Positions 58,557 to 64,000 of a stretch of 64,000 nucleotides of DNA are shown piece after piece. The DNA is taken from NCBI GenBank assembly GCA_946965045.2, contig OX337228.1, positions 4,588,001-4,652,000 on the forward strand, written 5' to 3'. Position numbers and translations under genes: made by a program. Positions within the stretch are counted from its first letter, which is position 1, and each line of letters begins with the position of its first letter. Below the pieces are notes generated by a model. The model did not search any database, was not told the DNA's origin, and saw only the letters and a list, made by a program, of their open reading frames with translations. The stretch comes from Epithemia pelagica (taxonomy: Eukaryota > Protista > Bacillariophyta).

Positions 58557-59213
58557 TCAACTAAGGCAAACGGATTGACGACAAGATTTTGAGCATCGGG
58601 TGGATGAACGTGAACGATGCACATTTAAGCTAGATTTCCTATGGACTATGCAACTCGTAGAGTAGAGGAGGCGATTTGTACTATTTGAGCTAGTTGTAGG
58701 ATAGGATTGCTTCGCCATATCCCCTGTGAAATCTTGTTGCCCAACACCTGTCAGCGGTAGCTCCGCTTTAGGATCATGGGACGCATCATTTGACAATGAC
58801 AGAAAAGAACGAGAATGTTTGATTATTGCGTTCACAGTTTGTAGAGGGGTCGAAACCAACCCGAAACCAACTCGAAACCAACTCGAAACCACAGTTGAAT
58901 CACGATATTCCGGCGGCAACAACCGCCGATCGTGAGCACAAGCATCTTCATCCCTCGATGCTAGTTCGTGCTTCTTCCAAGACTGCTTCCGATGGTCAGC
59001 AAGTCTGGCCTTGAACTGGTCAAACCCGACGTCGTTGAATTGCGGCATTAATTTGTAGAAATGGAACAGGACGTCTGCTCCGACATGGTCCATGTCGTGA
59101 AGCAGACCCCCTGGCTCCAGGTCCTGAAGGAGGACCTCCCGTGCCGGACAATTTCGCCAATTGACCCACCCACTTTTCGCCTCCGTCTCGGTCTCGGTGG
59201 TCTTCTTGCTCAT
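58557..59213 (-). pseudogene. Truncated inverted copy of partner ORF (first ~106 codons) fused to unrelated sequence
   Basis: Near-identical to 52692-53010; homology stops at CGTGATTCAA. Confidence 0.85.
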
Positions 59214-59404
59214 GGTGGTGCGAGTTCTGAGTTCTACTTCGGCGAGTCTTGTGTGGATGATTGTGGATTTATGTGGATTTTTGTGGATATTTGTGGACCA
59301 CAAATATCCACAAAAATCCACATAAATCCACAAAAATCCACATGTGGATCCACGTGGACGTTTGTGGATCCGCAAACGTCCACGTGGATGAATGTGGATC
59401 CACA

Positions 59405-60108
59405 CACGTACGCCACGGGGTACTGAAAACAGGTATTTGGTACTCTACTACAGAGGATTTGGCACGTGCCAACTTTCGACTCTAAGAAAAATAGTATCAC
59501 AATAAAAACTATAGGTCAATGTGTACGAGTAGAGAGAGCGGTGATGCAGAAAAGTGAGCTCGATGTTTTTCGTTTTGTTGCGATGATCGACGCGGAGCAA
59601 ACTTTGATGCCTGCTCATTCTCCACCTTGTCGTTGTCTTCTGCAAGCAGCTTATGCTTCCCGAGCTATCCATTGGGACTTGGGGCTTGGGGTTGCAAAAT
59701 GGAAAGCTCTCATGAGCTTTTCATCTTGCAGGGCACTCGCAAAAGCACTGATCACCCGTGCTGGCTCAGCGGGCCTTTCAAACATGCCTACCCCTACTCC
59801 CCGAGATAACAGAAGATGCTATGGTCCGATGGGTAAACGCTTCTACAAAGTTGCTCTATACATACCTATCCATAGATCTGTTGAATCGTTTACCCATTGC
59901 TAAAGTAGAACTTTCATTACACACCATCTTCATTCGAGGAAAAAGCAATTCGGAGAAGCAAACATGGCGTAGGTTACACGATCGTTTACGATTGTTGTTT
60001 CAGAGGCCCGCCGCACGCGCAACAACCTAGCGCTTTGATAACATTATAAACTGTACGTCCTTGAACAAAATAATACTACAGTACCGTTCACCGGTCTTGG
60101 GGTACGTG
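59405..60108. mobile_element. Nested 704-bp CAC-ended non-autonomous element (CACTA/CMC-like) in the right arm
   Basis: ACA duplicated at 59402-59404 and 60109-60111; ends CACGTACGCCA / TGGGGTACGTG; left arm shows the empty site GTGGATCC-ACA-AACGTCC. Confidence 0.88.
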
Positions 60109-62050
60109 ACAAACGTCCACGTGGATAAATGTGGATATTTGTGGATAAATGTGGATCCACAAATATCCACAAAAATCCACAGTGGATGTCAGTGGATGTG
60201 TGTGGATGTCTGTGGATGCGTGTGGATGTGTGTGGATCCACAAACGTCCACAAACATCCACACATTATATTAGTGTACTTCTACTCTATAATGGAAATTA
60301 TTCTACACTAATTTATACACTATATAGATGTAAAAAACTGTAGGATATCTTGATTTAACGTGTAAGTAACGGTCAAAGTCGATTGGCAACATCCAACGGA
60401 TGATTCAAGTCGTGTTAAGAAATATTTCGTATCGGACGGCGTTCATCATACCGGTAAGTTACCATTGGTAGGATGTCGGACAAGACAGAAAACTGTGGAT
60501 CACCACAAAAATCCTGGGTGTCCCAGGGGACGGCCAGATCCTGGGGGTCCACGTATCCTTATCCTTATGGGTTTTATTATTTTGTGTCGTAGGACTAGGA
60601 GAGTAGGGGTAGCGGACGAGAATCGCCCCAGAAAACCCGCTAGATGATCCAGCTATCGGCATCCACCTATTGGCAAGGCTTTCATCTTTCATGGAATTGG
60701 TTCAAATTACGAGCTCTCTTAATGAGTCTCATCTCATCGTGTGAAATTACTGGAAACGTCTAGCTAGGAGTAATATTTTAGGGAGGTCGATAAAAGCCAC
60801 AAAACTTTCTGTGCGTTCATAAATCGGGTGAAGATCTCCAGTTGAGAGAAAGGAAAGACCAATGGGAGTGTGTCTGGGAAAGAACGGTTGCGTTCTGGTA
60901 TGTCTCTTGTTTCCGATCTCTAGGGAACCAGAATTTCAGGATCTGTGTGATTTTCGTCATGACTTTGCTTTGAATCCCGTGTATTCACTTCTTCTCATTT
61001 CTTTTGTCTTTAGTCTCTTTACTTCGATCCGGAAGACCCTTCGAAAAGCTAATGAGTCCAGTGAAGATACCCGATGCCGATCATTCCGACGTCTCCCTTC
61101 TCCCTTCCCATTCAAGAAGGTGAAGTTCCGGCGGAGACATTGCGATCAGAAGTTCTTGGAGATTGGCAGCGACGTGGGAAGACATCATCAGAAAGATCCG
61201 AGAAAAGATCGGGCAGGGATCAGTCGCAGAGACAAGTTTGCCCCACTCCAAAGCGGGAGACGTACGATCTTGTTTCGTGTCTCGTGTCACATCTTTGCCT
61301 CTCCACTCTTGACATGCGCTTGACACTGACACCTACGTCTGGGACGATACACCAGGTTGTCAAGGACATCAGAGGAAGTGGTGGGGGAAGCGGTCTCGAA
61401 CATTGGTATACTCTTCAGAACATCAAATCGTATATAGTATTTGATTATACTATGTGATAATATGAGAACACCGATGGAGTTTGGAGACCACACTTGTGCA
61501 TTCGTATTTTCACTCCCGTACGTGTAACGGCACCGAAACTTTGGTACTTTAAAAATTACTGTTGTACTTTTACTGTGACAGTCCAGGGTCTTCGACCTTC
61601 TTCGCTCACCCCGATGCATCGCCGCTTCTATTACCCATTGTTCTCGCACACAAAAAGAAACAATCCTGGAGCAAAGACCAAACAAAGACCCTGTTTGTTG
61701 CGTTGGCAATCTTGTCGTCTCTGGTTGGATTGAGGACGGTCTCATCGATATAGTGGGATAATTGATATTCTATGCGTAACGATTGGTAAACAGATTTCGC
61801 GATTTGGATCCGCCCAAACCACCGCTTTGGCGGGCTTCGCTCAACACGCACCACCGAGAAGATTTTCCGAAGATCGCAAAACACGAACACGTCTTTGTCC
61901 AAACAGAACTGATCGTGATTGAGTCCATCGACTTCTTAACTCAAGTCTCAGTACGCTCATCGTTCACGTTCCACTAGTCATTCGACGTTCCATCTGAGCG
62001 CGACGGATTTCCCTTCCTGATCTTTCTCCACAGAACATTCGTACGATCAT

Positions 62051-64000
62051 ATGGTTAGCGAGAACGCAGCTGCTCTAAGAAGAGAAAACTCATCTGTTTG
62101 CCGTGGGCCAGATCTCAAACTCTACGTTCGCGATGTTCGAGACGCCACTGGAAGGAAGCGTTCGATTGTGGTTAAGTCATGGGCTACAGTGAAAGATGCC
62201 AAAGAGGCCATCCAACAATGTATCGCTCAAGTACCTATTCATACCCAGCGCTTGTACTTTGGGAGCCCACTCATGAGCAGTGGGAAAGAGTTACCCAACT
62301 ACCGAACGTTGAGTGACGCTGGTATCTATAGGTCTGGAGAAACTCTTTTCCTTGATATCATCTCTTCAGATGAAACATCGAAATCGTACTTGGGTGCTTC
62401 GCCAACACTACAACGGATCCAAGGATCGAACGACATTTGCATTTCCACATCTTTGTTAAACTCAACTCCTAAATTGCTTTCACATACGATTCATGATGCA
62501 AGGCGTGCATTTTCTCTGGGGATAAAACCTGACCTTATCATGGACGGTTCGGGTGGGTCTTATTACATCCATGATGTCAAGAAGAACAAGATCGCTGTGT
62601 TTAAGCCAGCCGATGAAGAACCTTATGCAGAGAATAACCCTCGTGGTTATCTACCGCATCAGCAAGGGGGAGAATTTGAAGGTCTTCGTCAAGGAATTGC
62701 TCCTGGGGAAGCGTGTATCCGAGAAGTAGCAGCGTATCTGCTTGATCACGACGGTTTCTCTGGCGTCCCGATGACAACATTAGCTGAAGCACGACACCCT
62801 GCTTTCAATACTAATGGAGCTCGTCTCAAGGTATCGGAGGGTGGAGCTTCAATCGGGGCCCATTCACTTGGCTCGCCTTCTCGTTCGACCAGCGCTAGCC
62901 AGGGAATTCCGAAGAAGGTTGGATCTTTTCAAGAATATGTACGTTCTGAATGTTCCATGGATGACATGAGTCCTAGCAAGATCTCTGTTGAGCAAGTCCA
63001 CAGGATTGCGGTTCTCGACATTCGATTGCTGAATGCCGATCGAAACGCAGCCAACTTGCTTTGCCGAAGATTGCGTGATAACAGTATCGAACTTGTTCCC
63101 ATTGATCATGGATACTGTTTACGGTCCATGTGTGACGTCTCGTGGATGGACTGGTGTTGGCTCGATTGGCCACAGGTGAAACAACCGATGAGTGCCAAAA
63201 CGAAAGATTACATAAAACGGCTCGATACGGAAAAAGATGCAAAGATTGTACAAGAGAGGCTGAACATATCGAATGTTGCCATTGATTACATCCGTGCTTC
63301 GACGGCTCTCCTCAAGGCAGGTGTTGAAGCTGGAATGTCTTTGTATGACATCGCCATTTTGTGCTGTCGCAATGACAATCTTGCCGAAACACCCTCTCTG
63401 CTTGAACATTTGACGGCAATGGCATCGGAACTTTCCAAGGTAGCCCTTGACAACGAAGAATGGCACCACGCCACTGCGTCAAGAGCACTTGAAGAGCAGC
63501 TGTCGCCCTACCGCAGCTCGAACGTCCAGATCAATTCTGGAATCAAGTCGAGAGATCGTTCGTCCAGTCGATTTCATCGGTGTGCGTCGAGTGGAGAGTT
63601 CCTTGTGTCAATTGACGTTGAGGACGAAAACCCCCGAAGCAATCTTAGTTTGGCTTTGGGGCAAAGCCATGCCCCTCCTCCTCCCCTGGCACTTTCGTCT
63701 GGTTCGGACTCTTCAGGTGATAACAACGAGGATGTGAAAGAAGATCAGGAGGAAATCGAAGAATGGGCTCACAATATCATTGAAGACTTCCAGCCTGTCC
63801 CCCATGCAAGAGTGGGACGGAAAACTCGCTCCGGATCCTCTTCGGATGAGGAGAGTTTGTCCACCTCGCCAAAGGGGTTCTGGCATGTACCACCAGGTTC
63901 TGTGGGTGATGCATCTTCTAAGTCGTCTTCATATGATGATGATAGCTTCGGCACTTCTCCCATGATCTCTGACAATTTCGTTGGCCCGTCTCCAGAAACA
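62051..64000 (+). CDS. Phosphatidylinositol 4-kinase gamma (type II-like) with ubiquitin-like domain, 3'-partial
   Basis: Own translation: UBL-like [57 protein letters not shown]; no stop before window end; upstream exon possible. Confidence 0.9.
   Translation, partial: MVSENAAALRRENSSVCRGPDLKLYVRDVRDATGRKRSIVVKSWATVKDAKEAIQQCIAQVPIHTQRLYFGSPLMSSGKELPNYRTLSDAGIYRSGETLFLDIISSDETSKSYLGASPTLQRIQGSNDICISTSLLNSTPKLLSHTIHDARRAFSLGIKPDLIMDGSGGSYYIHDVKKNKIAVFKPADEEPYAENNPRGYLPHQQGGEFEGLRQGIAPGEACIREVAAYLLDHDGFSGVPMTTLAEARHPAFNTNGARLKVSEGGASIGAHSLGSPSRSTSASQGIPKKVGSFQEYVRSECSMDDMSPSKISVEQVHRIAVLDIRLLNADRNAANLLCRRLRDNSIELVPIDHGYCLRSMCDVSWMDWCWLDWPQVKQPMSAKTKDYIKRLDTEKDAKIVQERLNISNVAIDYIRASTALLKAGVEAGMSLYDIAILCCRNDNLAETPSLLEHLTAMASELSKVALDNEEWHHATASRALEEQLSPYRSSNVQINSGIKSRDRSSSRFHRCASSGEFLVSIDVEDENPRSNLSLALGQSHAPPPPLALSSGSDSSGDNNEDVKEDQEEIEEWAHNIIEDFQPVPHARVGRKTRSGSSSDEESLSTSPKGFWHVPPGSVGDASSKSSSYDDDSFGTSPMISDNFVGPSPET

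Larger units (their letters stand above)
50734..60523. mobile_element. PIF/Harbinger-superfamily (PHIS-like) DNA transposon with ~920-bp TIRs and cargo
   Basis: CAG flanks at 50731-50733 and 60524-60526; terminal 68 bp identical in inverted orientation; internal DDE transposase. Confidence 0.9.

Noticed and set aside
60862-61902. Short ORFs upstream of PI4K
   Set aside because: No recognisable motifs, and overlapping frames are equally plausible; may include a PI4K 5' exon or UTR.
1-64000. tRNA, rRNA and snRNA genes
   Set aside because: No cloverleaf, T-loop or conserved snRNA/rRNA strings recognised by eye; a tRNAscan/Infernal run would be decisive.

Overview
Gene-dense eukaryotic nuclear DNA, most likely from a pennate diatom. 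This is inferred from short GT-AG introns, bipartite plastid-targeting peptides, an HSF factor and a plastid flavodoxin. About 25 host genes are present: TyrA, POLE3, an OSR1-like kinase, CPSF73, an SDR, PheRS-alpha, an ABC1 kinase, EMC7, flavodoxin, ATP3, Derlin, HSF, GOT1, plastid NusG, an AKR, prefoldin-2, PI4K-gamma and several unknowns. Two large TIR-bounded mobile elements interrupt them. (1) 22545-29719 is a 7.2-kb Mutator-like element with a perfect 10-bp TSD and ~140-bp TIRs but no recognisable transposase. It carries a spliced ~990-aa gene (Ulp1-like fold lacking catalytic residues plus two RING fingers), preceded by an array of ten CGCT-N7-9-AGCG hairpin repeats. (2) 50734-60523 is a 9.8-kb PIF/Harbinger-superfamily (PHIS-like) element with a CAG TSD. 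It has ~920-bp TIRs, a DDE transposase, a convergent partner ORF whose first half lies inside the TIR, and two cargo genes. GTGGATCCAC arrays occur in both arms and again as a 290-bp internal palindrome, and each TIR is interrupted by a different nested non-autonomous element. No tRNA, rRNA or bona fide CRISPR array was found. All family assignments are from motif recognition by eye; no database search was run.
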